Source: Tubiluchus corallicola (Eukaryota > Animalia > Priapulida). Taken from it: a stretch of 64,000 nt of DNA. Location: assembly GCA_030141605.1 (NCBI GenBank), contig JAQGDQ010000144.1:1-64000 (forward strand), in the 5' to 3' direction. The first letter of the stretch is position 1, and the number at the start of each line of letters is the position of its first letter. Shown here piece after piece: positions 22,601 through 42,658 of the stretch. The notes beneath the pieces are model-generated. The model saw only the letters and a program-made list of their open reading frames with translations. It searched no databases and had not been told where the DNA came from. The position numbers and the translations under genes were made by a program.

Positions 22601-25600
22601 TTTTATATAACACTTGGAAGCTGCTTATCAACTTTCAATTCTGAACATGTAGCTTTGATGTGCTACTCCAATTTTCTTAAAAAGTACTATTACCTATAAT
22701 CTGTATAGAAAAAGTAGTTTGTTAATAACAACACTGGAATGTGAATAGTCAAGTCTAAAAGAAATCACTTGTTTCCAATACACAAAGCATATTGTGCACC
22801 ACCGCAAAATTGAGAGTACCAGCAAAATTAAGTCTCTAAGTGTGAATAATAGGTGAACTATCATTATTCTTTTTAACTTGATGGTAGTAACCTTATACAC
22901 AATTTTGCACAATACTTACAGAAAAATCTTAAATAGCAATCTTGTCCCAAATACTGTTTGTTAACCAGCTAAAAGACTGTTCTGATGCAGAGAGCATGCC
23001 AAATAAAACGTAGTAAATAGTAAATGCTTTTTGGAATAAAGCTAGATGCTTGCAAAATTAAGCAGCAAATTTCCAAAATGACAGACGTTTTTAGTCAGGT
23101 TACTTGCATAACACCCCTTGTGAAGAAAAACAGCCAGCAGACGATGCAACCAGAAACAATAATAATGAAAAATTTTGCAAAATAATAGCTAAACAGGCTT
23201 TTGTACCTTGGTATCATTGATTTCACTACCATAGCATATTCTGCCTTGGTTTTCAACTAATATGTCTATTTGATTTTGACCAACTGTCAAAGGCAAGGCG
23301 ACATAATACATTTTGTCTATTCTTCCAACTATTCCCAACAATTCCTAGAAAAATTGTTAATCCTGATTAGTAAATAATCTATCAAATATTATACGGTACA
23401 TTTGAATTAATCACAAGCTTTAACTTTATCCACTTCGAAGACTTTAGTGAAAAGCTAAGCAGTTTCAATTCTTTAATTGACTTTGTATTGTATGAGGTAA
23501 TTCAGAGCGGCTGAAATGGCACAGCATGCACATACTAAGTCCAAGGTCTCAAGTTCAAAGCCTGACTGTCTCAAAATTTTTTGTATCCTCTTTTAACAAA
23601 GTAGACACAAAAATAACTGCCAGTTCCACAGAACAGAAAAACACGATTTTCTGTTTGTCAAATAAGCAAAAATTTCTCCTAAATGTTTAGTTTTAGTACA
23701 TGAATATTCTGTTAGCAATAAATGAAAAAAGATAACGTCCCTTGTTTACGAAAATGATAATAAACAAAAATGATACTTTGCTGAGATTAAGCTATGAAGG
23801 TCACCTGATTTAAAAACACATGGGCTCTGTCTCTCACAGCTGTCACATTAAGAACGCGTGTGATGACGTCACTAGATTGTACAGTAGTGCGATATAATAT
23901 GAAGCCATAATCTTGTCCTATGGCTTCAAAGGTTAAGGGAGAGGTAGATGTGACTGGTCCACCCGGGCAAAGCTGATCCAGTAGATCAAAAACCGAGCCG
24001 TACTACAAGACAAAAAAGCAAATCTAAGCATTTATCCTTAGATTTCACAAAATCTACAGAAAAATATTGAATACATAGTTAACAGAGCTTAAACGTTATT
24101 TCTGTAACTCTGAACATATGGTGCTCTATTGTAGAATTTACACTATTATCTTTTCATAATTTTACAAATATGGCAATTAAAATTAATGTATGGCAGCACG
24201 AAAACAGACAGAAAATTTGTAGCTTGTTGTGCAATAAAGTAAAGCCTACATTGCAAAACAAACAAATTATTTACTAAACAAAGACTAGTACCAGTGTCAT
24301 CTTCTTTGTAAGGCTTGGACAAAGCAATGCACTGGGCCCCCAACCAGGCCACCCACGTTCTTACTGGAATACTTTCTCAAAACTTAAAGTTTACATACAA
24401 AAAACATTCTGGAAAGCTAGGAATAATCAACACAAACCATTGGCGTGATTTGCAGCAAACGTCATATCTTTAGCCTTGAGAAACACAAACATCTCAGAAT
24501 AAAATGATAATTGGTACAGCAGCCCTAGAATTGGCCCTAAAATTGTAAGGCCAAGGGAAACTGCCATTAGTTCCAATGTCTTCAGACAACTGATGCTCTT
24601 ACTTGAAAAATATTTTGAATGTTTAATTAATAAAAAGCGAGAACTGATTAACTAAATCAAGCAGTGTGACACTTTTGTAGAAACAGAAACTAGTGGAGGA
24701 AAAGAAGAAAAAAGAAAATTACCAATAAAAGGCGGTTACAGTGCATAGTGACTCAAAATGTGATTCCCTGTCATTTTCAGACAATAAACCTATGTAATTA
24801 AATAAACTTACCAAAGAAAAGTTAAAGGTGCCATAATCAGCCTTTGGCGTTGCAGGTGGAACAGGGCCTGGCGGAAGTGGGCTGTACTAGAAAAAGTGAT
24901 TGACAGTCATTAAAAATTTATTTACTAAGTATGTCCAACACGAGACACTCAATTAATTATTGTAATATGTACAGATTTCCACACAGTACTGGCTTATCTT
25001 AATAAAAAAATTTGACAATGAATTAAGATAAGGTACTTTGATTTGTGTTTATTTAACTTTTTTAATCTAAATAAACAATAAACAATATATGAAGTCTTGT
25101 AAACCTGCTTTACAAAAAATGTTTTTAGACAATATACTAATTAATTTATGCTATCAACCTTACTATCACCACTATTATTACTGCTAACCTTAATCCGTTA
25201 TTTTACGAAGCTTTATTTCATAACCGCTAAATTTCCAACGGTCTACAAGTGGTTCTAACAGCATACAAGTATAAAATAAACCACTAAATTTGCATATACA
25301 CATTTATGTGAATAAAAAAATGTATACCTGAGATATAATATCTCGAAGAAGCTCATATTTGAAAGTCGGATCACCAGCTTCGCTGAGTGGTGCATCAAAA
25401 TCGTAGCTAGTAGGAGACGGCATAAAATCATTGCCCAAATTTGCACCTAGAAACACCCAGATATGAGATCACTATGAAAAGTATACACCAGGGATAGCCA
25501 TGATAAGACCATAAACTAGGTACTTATTCAAGACAACTGCTAAAATGAGATACTAATCCTACAGATATGTCTTTGCCATTGTTTATACATTGTCAATCAA

Positions 25601-28600
25601 ATGTCATAAATACACAGAGGCTGCATGGCAGCTTTAGCAGTTCAGAAGTCACATTCTAGAGTCATCCATTCATTTAGTAACCTGTCACAGTACTGCTAAA
25701 CTTCAGAAGCTAAAAACCTCCAACATCATTTGGGTGTATCCCTGGCAATCTTTTGCGTACATTCACTTTATAATACACTATGTTTTTAATACATAGCGAC
25801 TCGGTGACACAGCTGATATAAACATTTAGGATATGATATAACTATTTAATCCAATGGCACGATCCAATTTGACTAAGGTTTCATAATGAAGTTTGATTTA
25901 CTGTGTAACCAAAGCTGTCAAAATGTGACAAAAATGTAATCTCTTCGCCAGCTGTGAATAAATTTACTAATTTAAAATTTGATTAAAACAGAAAAAAGCT
26001 CTAAGGAGATGCCGGAACACTTACCATTTTTAAATCCAAATGAAGTGCCGCCTTCAAACATATAACTGAAAAAAAACGGTGAAGAATAAAAGAATAAACC
26101 TTTTTTAATACCCGATATAAGTATTATGGAGCATTATGGTTTAACCTGACCTTACATAATTTTCAAAATTATTCTGCCTTATATTATGCTACACATCTGC
26201 GATAATTCTGACTCAACAACTACATGGTTTTAGTAATTCTGACTTTTATTTAAACAGTTACAGGTGCAAGTTTCAGCTTTCTATAGACACTAACTGTTTG
26301 GGTTTTTAAAACAAAATAAAGATTCGACGCCTTGATTATGAAATTTGCTTTGTATTTATTGTCAATTTCTTTATTCCAAATGTGGCATTTTATCTAAATA
26401 TAATAAAAAATTTATGCCAAAAAATAACAAAACCAAAATGACCAGTTTTATGTAATCTATCAGTTGCACAGAACAGCATTGTAGTAATCAATAACTAATT
26501 TGCAATTTAACTAAATAACAGATTTCTAAGCTAATTAAATGACATACATGCATTATTAACCCTAAATCATGATAAGTAAGTATCAACTCATTATAACACG
26601 TCTTGACTTAACAAATTTCGGTGGACCACTGACCCATATCAAACTGATCATGCGATTAGGCCTAAAATTGCCACAAGGTGCCCAAAGCAGACAACAAGCG
26701 GCCAACATGCCAAATTTCTGGCACAATTACCTAGGTTAAAAAATGTACAACATGTAATGATACACAAATAATATATAGGATACCTTAATATAGGACAAAA
26801 TAAGGTTGACAGTTTTTATCTTTGTAAACTTGCATGCCACTTAAATACAAAGCCATTATTAACCAAACCTCATTTAGTTAGAACACAATTCATGTAACAG
26901 TTATTAACACTTAATTAAAACATTCATTAAATTTAAAATAATTGTTATGAAAGAAATGATGCTAAAGCTGTAACTACATAGCATTACAAATGCAAGTCTT
27001 ACATTGTGACACTGGCATTTGCCTCAAGCATTTGATTTAGTGTAACAGCAGCATGTGCAGCATTGACTTTAGCATGAGGATAACCCCAGTGATCTATCCA
27101 TCCAGGATAGAATTCAGAGTTTACTAGTGGTCCGTGTGGTTCGTGATTTCTCTGAACTTTAAAAGCAGCTTTGACGTCACCACCTGAAATGCAACAAGTG
27201 GCATTGTTAAACAAAGGATACTGGACAAAATAAATTGAAACAAAATAAGGGAAGTTATCAGGCGCGAATATAAAAAACACCAAAAATATCACTTATTGGA
27301 AATAAACACATTATCTGGAACATAATTTTTGGCTGATACATACTGTCACACAAAACTGTAAATATAAATGTATTTCATTAAAAGTAGCTCTCAAATTAAC
27401 TGTCAATAAGTTCTTTACCAAATATTTGAACCTTGGCTACATTTCCATCATAAAAAATGCTTATTTACATATGGTGACGTGCAACTGTGTTGTTGTGTTA
27501 TGTAACAATGTAGCAAAACAATGCAAATAATTAACAACTCATTTTAAGCTGTTTGATAGTAAAGCATATTCAATCATCAAATTACCAAGAAAATGTTTAA
27601 AAAATACTGAAAATCTAATTTTATAACCCGTACCCACTTCTCTGGCTAGAAACTTGTACTGCAATTGTAAAAAACATGTATTTTCAAACTCTGATTGTAG
27701 CTCATGGAAGCAGTCATTTTGCTTCGGGTTTTTTCTGTTACCAAGCCCAAATCTTCGTCTGGAAGAGCCATCTACTGGATTTAAATATAACATCAATGTG
27801 TCCTTGCAAAGTCCGTAGCAACCAAATTATGTGCGGTTGCTAAGTGTTTTGTAGAAACGTAACAAAAAACAATGACTATCTTTAACAGAGATTCTCTCAA
27901 GGTTATGTTTTTCAGTGAGCAGTCTGCACCTCAACTTCAATGTGGATTGTCTCAGCTTAGAAATAACATAGAGTGATCAAAATGATCCTCAAGAAATGAT
28001 GATTCGGGATATGTGAATAACTAGAAAAGCCTAATTGCCGACTTATGGACAATTTTGCTATGCAAGCACACATTTGGTGTTTTATAAAACTGATACATTT
28101 CCTAAATGTGCAAATTTATAAGATGAGTTTTTTGTTATATAAATATTTAACCATTATAAAATTTTGTAAATGTCTCACACAGATATGTAGGTGGTTTGCC
28201 CTAAGCTAAAATCACATGCACCAACAAAAGCTCATTTACTTTTGAAATAACTCACCAGCACCAAAGTCAACAGTTGCATAGAGGCCGTCAATTTTGCCAC
28301 ACTTCATGTAATGCTCACCGGCTCCATCTGTTGTAAACAAAACAACTTCCTCGCCAAGAACTGAGCGAAACTTGTCATGCAGGTGCCTCATGTAAGCAAA
28401 ATCACAGGCGTAAAAGCTTCCATATTCATTTTCCACCTAAATAGCAAAACAAACAAAAAATCATAATGCATAATGCTCGAAATTTACGCAAAGAGATGAC
28501 CAATTTAATTAAAGAAAATTTTGTGTGGGACTAATTTTATTTAAAATAGAAGAATGGAAAGAGGAAATGTTGATATATGTCATCACTTTTCTACATTTTT

Positions 28601-31600
28601 TAATTTACTTGTCAGCAGATGATTTGACTCAATTTTATAATTCACAAAGTTGGCAACTTGAAATAAAGCTTTCAATTACTTATTTCTTTTAAGCAGAATA
28701 GGAACTAAAGCTACAATACAGCAAATAATAGAAAAAATACACCTGAGTTCACTTTACACTATTTTACTACGCTACATAAATAATGAATGATATGAATTAA
28801 AGGTAATGCATATGGGCAAGTTAGTTTCGTAAACAAGCATAAAAATCTTGATGGAATCAGTATCAGTTCTAAACATAGAGTAATCCTGAAAGCCAACTGA
28901 AAAGAACAACACTGAAAGACATGCAATACGAATAAAATGTCCTTGGGTTTTCACACCTGTACTGTAATTATTGGCCCACCATTTATGTACAACAGGTTTT
29001 TAATTTTTGGAAGCAAGACGTCAAGCCACCTGTCAACCTCTTTGATGTAGGACGGATCACTTGTTCTCAGCTGCATATGAGGATTTTTTTGCAACAGCCA
29101 GTAAGGAAAGCCACCCTAGTACAATGAAAAATGTGTTACATCTACTCTGCCATAATGTTACATGACTTATGTTTTTGTAATATTGTACAGTTATATTATG
29201 ATACGTTTGTTTCTTTATACTGTAATGAAACAAACTCACGGATGACATATGAGTAACCAACCCATTTCATTATGGATGCTAATAAAAATCAGCAGGATTC
29301 TAGAGAATACTGTTCACTTAATTAAGTCAAGCTGCCACTTTTCATAACAGAAAAGCAGGCTAACCAGTTTACTAATTATAAGGCATGTTAGCTCAAAAAC
29401 TTAAGAATATTACCATGTCACGTTCACCGTCGATGTATGGTCCAGGTCGAAGAATAACAACGAACCCTAATTCATGAGCCAGTTGAAGGTATGCTTCGAA
29501 ATCGTTTTCTCCGGAAAAATCGTAAATGCCAGGTTGAGGCTCATGAAGATTCCATGAGATGTAACTGTTATAAACAGTTTACATTTAAATTTGTAAAGTT
29601 TCAACTGTAAAACTTCAAAAATCGGGGTATATTTTGGTAATTTCAACACATCAAGGAAAGCTCTATAAATGGCCAGATTTATAATTTGTGAAGCTGATTA
29701 GGATTATGGTTAGGATTAGAGTTGGACTAAGGTTGTGGCTAGGGTTAGGATATTTAAATTGTGTGGGGAATTATAAACTCCTTCCTTACCTTTTTACTAT
29801 AACAATCATCCAAAAAAACAAAATCATTGAATAGAGATTAATTGTAGAGAATTATGCTAGCCTATCTAAGACAATCCTGTATGAGGAATACATGGTGAAA
29901 TGGGGCAAGACCACATAATTAACGTATATACTAAAAATTTTAGTAGCTATCGACCACCTACACTTAGGTAGGCAGGTATAGAAAGTTCTGTACTCAAGTA
30001 ATAACACAATTCCTCTGACTTTGTTTGAAGTTAATGTAAATATTTACATTTGCCCTTTACTGTGCATGCAGCCATAAACACACATCCTACTGTATGATCT
30101 TAGGCATCAAAAGGTCAAACAGGCTAGTAATAAATTAAATGCAGGATCAATGCAGTGAATATAAAGCCCTATTGTGAAAAGTAAAATGTGTGTAGATGTT
30201 CGTAAACTATTAGCTATACTGTCCATAAAATCACTACCATTAGCAAGTTACTACAGTAGGTGCCTTATAGGCCCATTGGCACCAAAACATCTTAATCTGG
30301 CGGTACAAACCCACTATTAATTAAATTTTGAAACTGAGAGATAGGAAATGTAAAAAAGTTGCAATACAGCATGGTTTTAACCAGGAACATTCACCTTTTG
30401 CTTACAAGGTAGACCCTTAGAACACTAGGCCATCGTATCTCAACTGATCAAGACAATTGAAAGTTCATGCCTTATAGCTGGACCAACCAAATTTGGCATT
30501 TCCAATGTTAGGTTGCTCACACTAAAGAGAATCTAACTAGTTAGATAAATTTTGTTTTGATTAATACCGAGCTTAAAATAAACATCTTAGTTTGCCCTAC
30601 TTTTTGCAGGTGTAAGTGAACGTAAAAAAAAAATTGTACGTTTGTATAGCATTCAGACCAGCTGCTGCCATCTTCTTCATCCGGTCTTGCCAGTAAGCAC
30701 GTGGAACTTGGAAATAGTGCATAGCACCTGCTATGTACCGAAATGGTTCTCCATCTCTAAGCCACTGGTCGAATTTGTAGTCTATCTCAAATGTATGGAT
30801 ATCATTGTGCACGTAATTCTGTAATAAAAAATACACATATCTGCTTACCGCTTCTTAAAATCGAAATACACATTGCCAAGCTCAGCAAAGATGTATTTAA
30901 TACTTTCACTTCATAGAACTTTCAAATTCTTAATAGCAAGAACTGCATCAGGTTGATAAGTGTCCTATGACATCAACAAATTTTATATCATTTTTTATCA
31001 AAAAAAATCACAACTTTTCCACTGCTAACAGTCATCTTACAACGTAGAAGACGACTGCTAGTGTGTAGTGGAAATGTTGCAATTTTTTTTAAAAAATGAT
31101 ATGAAATTCGTTAATATTGTGAAACATTTATCAAATTTCACTTTATATCGCAAAACCACACAACTTGACAGCTTACACCCTTGATCACCATCCCCTTGAT
31201 GGCCCTTGGAAAGTGCAGAAAAATACCAGTTGTCATACACACACTTAGCTTGCACTCCCTGATATTTCACTACAGTAATCACGAGTAGCCTTTCTCAGAA
31301 AACTCAACAGAAAGCTACGATTGAGATACAGTTACCTCACCAGCCAGGATAACAAGTCATCAGGAGGGTGTCACTAAAGCATGTTTCTGACTCAGAAATT
31401 TACGTAACTATGTCAGATGGGTCAGGGGAGTGCTGTAAATGCCATTCTGCTTGGAATTCAGGCAAATCATACCCTGCATTTGAGAAAGTATCTAATGGTA
31501 CCCAATACCAACAATAACAATAGTGACAACTCTTATCTACAAGATAGACTATATTTCCTACATTTTGAATTCTTTTGGGTTTTGGTGAATGGTTTCTAAC

Positions 31601-31904
31601 AGGATTTTTATCCACAACAGATTTCTATCATTAAGCCAATATAACTGATCGTCTCACTTCTTTATATTAGTTAGCTGTATGCTAAGAATACAAACACTTC
31701 AGTTTTTTTTTATCTAGTAATTCTGCAATGTTACTCTTGAGAATGGCTGCCATTAGGTGATCAAAATATTGAGTTTATAATCTATCTGTTTTAAAAAAAT
31801 AAAAATTGCAAGTATTAAGTTTTTAAATTACTTACCGTTTTAGGCAGAACAGCAGGTAAAAAACTCAGAGCTAAGAATGTGACTATCAGACGCAGACCAA
31901 ACAT
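19646..31904 (-). CDS. GLB1: Beta-galactosidase (GH35, lysosomal GLB1 type), 14 coding exons, ~700 aa
   Basis: Exons (minus): 31904-31836, 30818-30640, 29564-29414, 29115-28957, 28436-28256, 27183-27003, 26065-26025, 25446-25328, 24886-24812, 24002-23805, 23344-23207, 22413-22185, 20968-20874, 19933-19646. All GT-AG and phase-consistent (2103 nt). Signal peptide [17 protein letters not shown]; motifs [36 protein letters not shown] (acid/base Glu), NSEFYPGW (nucleophile Glu), [37 protein letters not shown]. Confidence 0.95.
20370..20445 (+). mobile_element. Degenerate tRNA-derived SINE head or tRNA pseudogene in a GLB1 intron
   Basis: A-box tggccgagtgg (20380-20390) and B-box gttcgagac (20424-20432) at tRNA-like spacing; no intact cloverleaf. 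Confidence 0.45.
21835..22020. repeat. 27-bp minisatellite, ~7 copies, in a GLB1 intron
   Basis: Unit gagaaacaccctacat(g/a)aaataccaca in tandem. Confidence 0.85.
23501..23572 (+). mobile_element. Degenerate tRNA-derived SINE head
   Basis: cggctgaaatggcacagcatg...ccaaggtctcaagttcaaagcctgactgtctc; similar to the minus-strand copy at 63772-63852. Confidence 0.4.
29676..29785 (+). repeat. Telomeric-repeat-containing dispersed element, copy 1
   Basis: tttgtgaagctgattagg + degenerate TTAGGG array + tatttaaattgtgtggggaattataaactccttcc. Confidence 0.75.
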
Positions 31905-32102
31905 TTCTGACACATGCAAAGTTGCCTATAGAATACTGAATGTGAACAGCAGTTGATAGAAGCTTGATAGAAAAGAAAATTACAAGCACAGCAGTCTTCT
32001 CATTTCAAGTAGCCATATAGTGCAGAAACATCTAGAAATAAATTGGAAATTAAAAGAAAAGTACAAAAGGATTGTAGGAAAAGGTTTTTTATACCCAAAT
32101 GA

Positions 32103-32224
32103 TTTGTTTAAAATACCGCAGAACACACTAAAATTTCCAGACATGTTTTAACAAGTGCTGATCTCATCATACATGTTGAAACATGTCTGGAATCTTTAGT
32201 GTGTTTTCGTGTATTTTAAATAAA
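32103..32224. repeat. ~50-bp-arm imperfect palindrome (foldback/MITE-like hairpin) just upstream of the GLB1 start codon
   Basis: tttaaaatac...aacacactaaa..ttccagacatgtttt(a)aca / tgttgaaacatgtctggaa..tttagtgtgtt...gtattttaaa, loop ~20 nt. Confidence 0.75.
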
Positions 32225-33419
32225 TTTGTATGACTTTATACTTTATCTGACTTTAAAATGAATAACACAGTAAGATGTAAACACAAACACTTATGAAGGT
32301 TTAGTTCTTTCTCCCCACAACCTACAACAGGTCAAAAAACCCAAAGGAAAAGGGGTTTCAACGTCTCAGAACTCACAGCATTTTTCAGAAAACCCTTGCA
32401 AGCTTTATTTTATCAATATGAGTAACTAGTGTCAAATGCTGTAGTCGGGAGAATCGACCATGTGCTCGCGAATAAGTACTAACAATTCGTTTTCCACTCG
32501 ACAGTTCAAGCCATTACAGAATACTTAGATTCTTATTTTAGACATTTACGTTAAATGTCATTATTACGTACTTTTGAAAAGGTTTCAAAAACATGTCATA
32601 AGTGATAGTAGGTCTATGCAATAAGGAAGGTTACTGATACACGTAATAAGACAAATGAATATTTGGGTTTTTTAGTTAAATGCGATAGGCTTTGGTGTGC
32701 ATTACCTCAGGTTTGCAATAATGACATTCCACTGCATATAAGCGAAATAATTTTGTATACACGAATTGAAATCTTAATAACAAACCCTAGTTCTTATGTA
32801 ATTACATGGAATATCATTCTGAAAGGGAGATCTATCTCCAATTATAGCCCACCCCTCCCCCAGTTATTATTAGTGTTGTTTGTCAGATAACATTAAAAGC
32901 ATATGTTAGGTTTTCAACCTGCAAGATGAACATATTAGTTCACTTACAATCCTAGTGAAATACTTTGTGAAAAGATTTAGCTTCATCTATGTATATTAAA
33001 CCAACAGGCATTCCTTGGTTAAGCTTTAAGAGACAAATTCAAAAAACACTAGTAAGCTACTTGTGGCAAAACTGTTCTTTAGAAAAACATGCTGTGATGC
33101 ACTAGCTGGATTCCTGTGGATAAGTTGCCAGCACTTTTCACTACGTTTCTGACAACAAGATGGTTGACGCAACATCCGTTTGCCAGTTGCAGTGTCAAGA
33201 ATTGTTGAAAAGGCTCATCGTACCTCTAGCTGTGGGCGTTGTCCCAATTTGTAAAATGTCACCTTAAAATATAGGGCCTTTTGTTGGAGTATCATGTGTT
33301 ATGAATAACTTAATGTAGTGTGATAATAACTTGATATGGATAAGTATTACAAAAATGCAGTCTGCCTCTAATCATACCTCATATGTATTAATACAGGAGA
33401 CCACTAATGCATAAATACT

Positions 33420-34060
33420 TGCCCAGCACATTTTTAAAACCATTAATCATTTGTAATTTTATAACTTCCTCCACCAGAGAATTCCAAAGATCTATTTCGG
33501 CATTTGAAAAGCTGTGCTTGTATCGCTCAGTGTTGGCTCTGTACTAGTAAAGTTTGAGTGAATGACCTCTGGTGCAAGTACGACTTAAAGTGAAGAAAGT
33601 TTCATGATTGATGTCAGTGAGTCCATGTAAGACCTTGAACATCTCAATCAGTCTACCACGTCGTCTACGAGAGGAGAGCTGATGGTCCAAGACACTGTAG
33701 CTTCTCAGTATATGATAACTGTTTAGCCCTTGGATGGTGCTGATTGCTCTCTCTTGCACCCATTCTAAGATGTCGATGTCCTTCTTAAAATATGGGCCCC
33801 AAACCTGACTTACATAGTCTAAGTGAGGTTTGACAATAGACAGATAAAGAGAAAATATGACATGAGATGATCTAGAGGTGATTGTATTTGAAATGAGTTC
33901 GAGAAGTTGATTGCCTTTCTTCGCTTTGCTAACGATATGGCTGCGGAAGTTAAGACTGACATCAGTGGTGAGTACGAGGTCTACTTCTTGGTCAACAGCT
34001 GGTAAAACAGTGTTGCTTGTATCGCTAAAACAATATTAATGATGATTGTTGTTACGTTTC
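33420..34060 (-). mobile_element. CR1-type LINE ORF2 C-terminal fragment (degraded)
   Basis: Minus-strand translation: EVDLVLTTDVSLNFRSHI..KAKKGNQLL..LYLSIVKPHLDYVSQVWGPYFKKDIDILEWVQERA..RRRRGRLIEMFKVLHG..TRGHSLKL..WNSL. Confidence 0.85.
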
Positions 34061-34469
34061 ACATTAATAACTTTCCATTTGGAGTCGGAGGTGTTAAATT
34101 TAACTGTGAACATTTATCCAAGGTTTGGTAATTAACAGACGATAATTGGAGATGGCAGGAAAATTTGCTGTCTTTGAAATCACATACTGCTCGACATCTC
34201 CAAGTGCCGCTTCCTTGTTCCAATACCGCCATGATCAACCTCAACTTAATGGTTCGGCCTCAGTTTGCACTCTCTCACACTGTGTACTGTCTCGTTATTT
34301 TCTATTAACACTTTAATTACTGCATTAATTTTGTGAAGTTAAATAAATTTACTATTGCTATTTTCTCTGGTGACGTACAGCACCTCGCCATCAGTGACAA
34401 GATACACAGGAAATGGTGAGTTAAAATCGAACAAGCGCGAACGTCCGTAGTGTACTTGATGTGTAAATC

Positions 34470-34640
34470 CCAACATGATTTGATTCTCTTCCGCTTCGTT
34501 CAGTCGTTTCTAATCATTTGCCATGTTTAAATCAGCAGAGTAGACTACCTTCTTCAATGATCTTACTTTGCCTGTTGTACTTTTTTCGACTTCAAAAAGA
34601 CATTCGATTCCGTTCCACACCAGCGTCTCTTACTTAAGTA
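34470..34640 (+). mobile_element. Short RT fragment of a CR1-type LINE on the opposite strand
   Basis: Plus-strand translation FDFKKTFDSVPHQRLLLK at ~34585-34638 matches the RT consensus DF.KAFDSVPH.RLL.K. Confidence 0.6.
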
Positions 34641-35334
34641 AATAAATTTAATAAATGCGATGGCTCTAATTAACACAACTACACTTACCAACAACTGGGT
34701 TCAAGACTCAAAACAAAACAACATGTGACATTTTAAACGAACAATAGCGGAGATCTTCGTCGACTTGTAGCAAATGCGCGAGAGGATAGAAAATTATGTA
34801 ACCGATAAACAAAAATCATAAAAAACTGCACCTGTCATGGTATTTTACCATAGAATATTTTATGCGCAAACGTATTTGCTCACACTCATCACTAACAAAT
34901 ATTTATAGCAAAGCAGTAGACAATAATTTAAGTCTTTGCAGCATTTCATTTTTCGCTGATTTCGCCTGGTATCATGGGCATGGGCTTCTCCCTTTTTTTA
35001 ATGTAGTGCACTTGTGTAATTCATTTAATTATGTTACTTGTTTTGAACTATTATTAGTGTACAATTACATTTCGATTCTTAGAAGTGTCAAATCAGTATT
35101 TTTTCTTATACTTGGTAGCTGATATACGTGCAGCAGCCACAAAACAACGTTTTCTCTGTTATCATGTTTAACCAAAAGTTAATTACCACTACTACTAGTG
35201 CCACTACCAGTTAAGACTTAAGTTATGCCAGGTATAACTGGCTTCTTCACACTCTGGCCTCTAAACTACTCTTTATTTGATCTATGACATACTTTATATA
35301 CGTTTTCATTCACCATATCATAATTGTCATTCAT

Positions 35335-35390
35335 ACTCATATATATATATATATATCATACATATATACACATTCATACATATATATCAT
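35335..35390. repeat. (AT)n/(ATAC)-rich microsatellite
   Basis: catatatatatatatatatcatacatatatacacattcatacatatatatc. Confidence 0.7.
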
Positions 35391-35539
35391 TGGCTGTATG
35401 CATCACTTCATAACATTGTCGTTAATAATTATCCTTGCTATTTTAAATCTTTAAATGTCATTAAATCCATTAAATGGTTTAGTGACACTAGCCTATATGG
35501 CTGGTACTGAGTGTGCCAGTAATAACACTGCGCCTTTGT

Positions 35540-36110
35540 GCTAGAGAAGACACAGACGATAAATCAATATCATGCATGCACTAAGCAAAGACGATGCTTT
35601 GAATTGCTTCAAGGCACGAATATACATTATATACTGTGGTGACCATACAACGCCAGCATATCCCAATGAAGGACGGACAAAATGGTCAAGGCAAAATGAC
35701 ACATTAATTTCTGTTTTTTACAGTTCACTTTATCAACCAATACCTCTACTGGCTTTCTTTTCAAATTCAGCCATATGATCATCAAACTCCTATCATTAGA
35801 CATAATCACTTCTAGATCTGTAAAAGTGTAAACTTCACTAACCATTCTATTATTAATTGTATAGTTATAACTGACATGATTTCTCACAGGTAATAGTGTG
35901 CACTTAATAAGATTCAACTGCAAAATCTTCTGATCAGACCATGTATGAACAGAATTACGGTCGAGCTGAATTGTTGCATAGTCAAACTAAGAATTGATTT
36001 CTCTGAATAATTTAATATCATCTACAAACATTCTTATATTAAATAAATACAATCCAGGATATCATTTACATATAAAATAAAACAATAGAAAACAATATTC
36101 ACCTGGCAGA
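35540..36110 (-). mobile_element. Highly degraded CR1/L2-type LINE RT fragment
   Basis: Minus-strand remnants across frames: FYFIYVNDI, DDIKLF, IQLD....TWS...LQLNLIKC, DLEVIMS, VRPSLGYAGVVWSP. Confidence 0.65.
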
Positions 36111-36884
36111 ACATTCACACAAGCTCTGCTATGTTGACAAGTAATTTGTAAAATAATAATAATGATCCACTTCGGCATTAATGTTACAGTAATTAATAAA
36201 CTACCATACAGTTACAGTAGTTAAGTAGTAGTTACACTTATAGTCGCAGAACTATATAGTATCATACCTATTTTGTATGTCTAGTGGACCATAATTCCGC
36301 TGCATATTGATGAAACACTCTTACAGTAAAAGCAGTTAGGCACAGAAAAAACAGGCAAAGTGCATCATTAAGAATTAATTTGTATAATTAGGCAAAAAAA
36401 TCATTTAACATTACAGTTTATGAGCTGCATCTCAAACATCGTATCAGTCTAACCTTGAAAGAACTAAAATCGCAACAACTTTTTCTTGGCCCCTTATATA
36501 TATGAAATCATTAATAAAGTTATTTCTTTTTTACCTCAAAATCTATACCGCCGATTTAATTTTTATCTTATTTTTCAACTACTTTGTGAGTTTGCTAAAT
36601 TTCGATCTTGGTCTAAAAAACGCTAAGTACTATGTTGGCCACTATTATAGGTATTGGGATATATGCCTTTTATGAACTTGCTATGTGGTGTCATTAACAC
36701 TGAGATAATAAAATAAATATAGAAACATCTTTGCTGAGCTTGATACATATTCTTCTATCATGATGACAGCTTTTACTCAAGTAAACTGGTGCATCTTTCA
36801 CATGAACTGAATGCATTTACTTTTTAGATTGAAAAATTATTATATTGATTTTCTTTGTAGATTGCTATTAAATGAGTTTGCATC

Positions 36885-42658
<5,774 letters not shown>

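Noticed and set aside
31330-31615. Possible alternative first exon of GLB1 (71-aa ORF and nearby donor-like site)
   Set aside because: No stop-free, phase-compatible path into exon 2; the signal-peptide exon at 31904-31836 already fits
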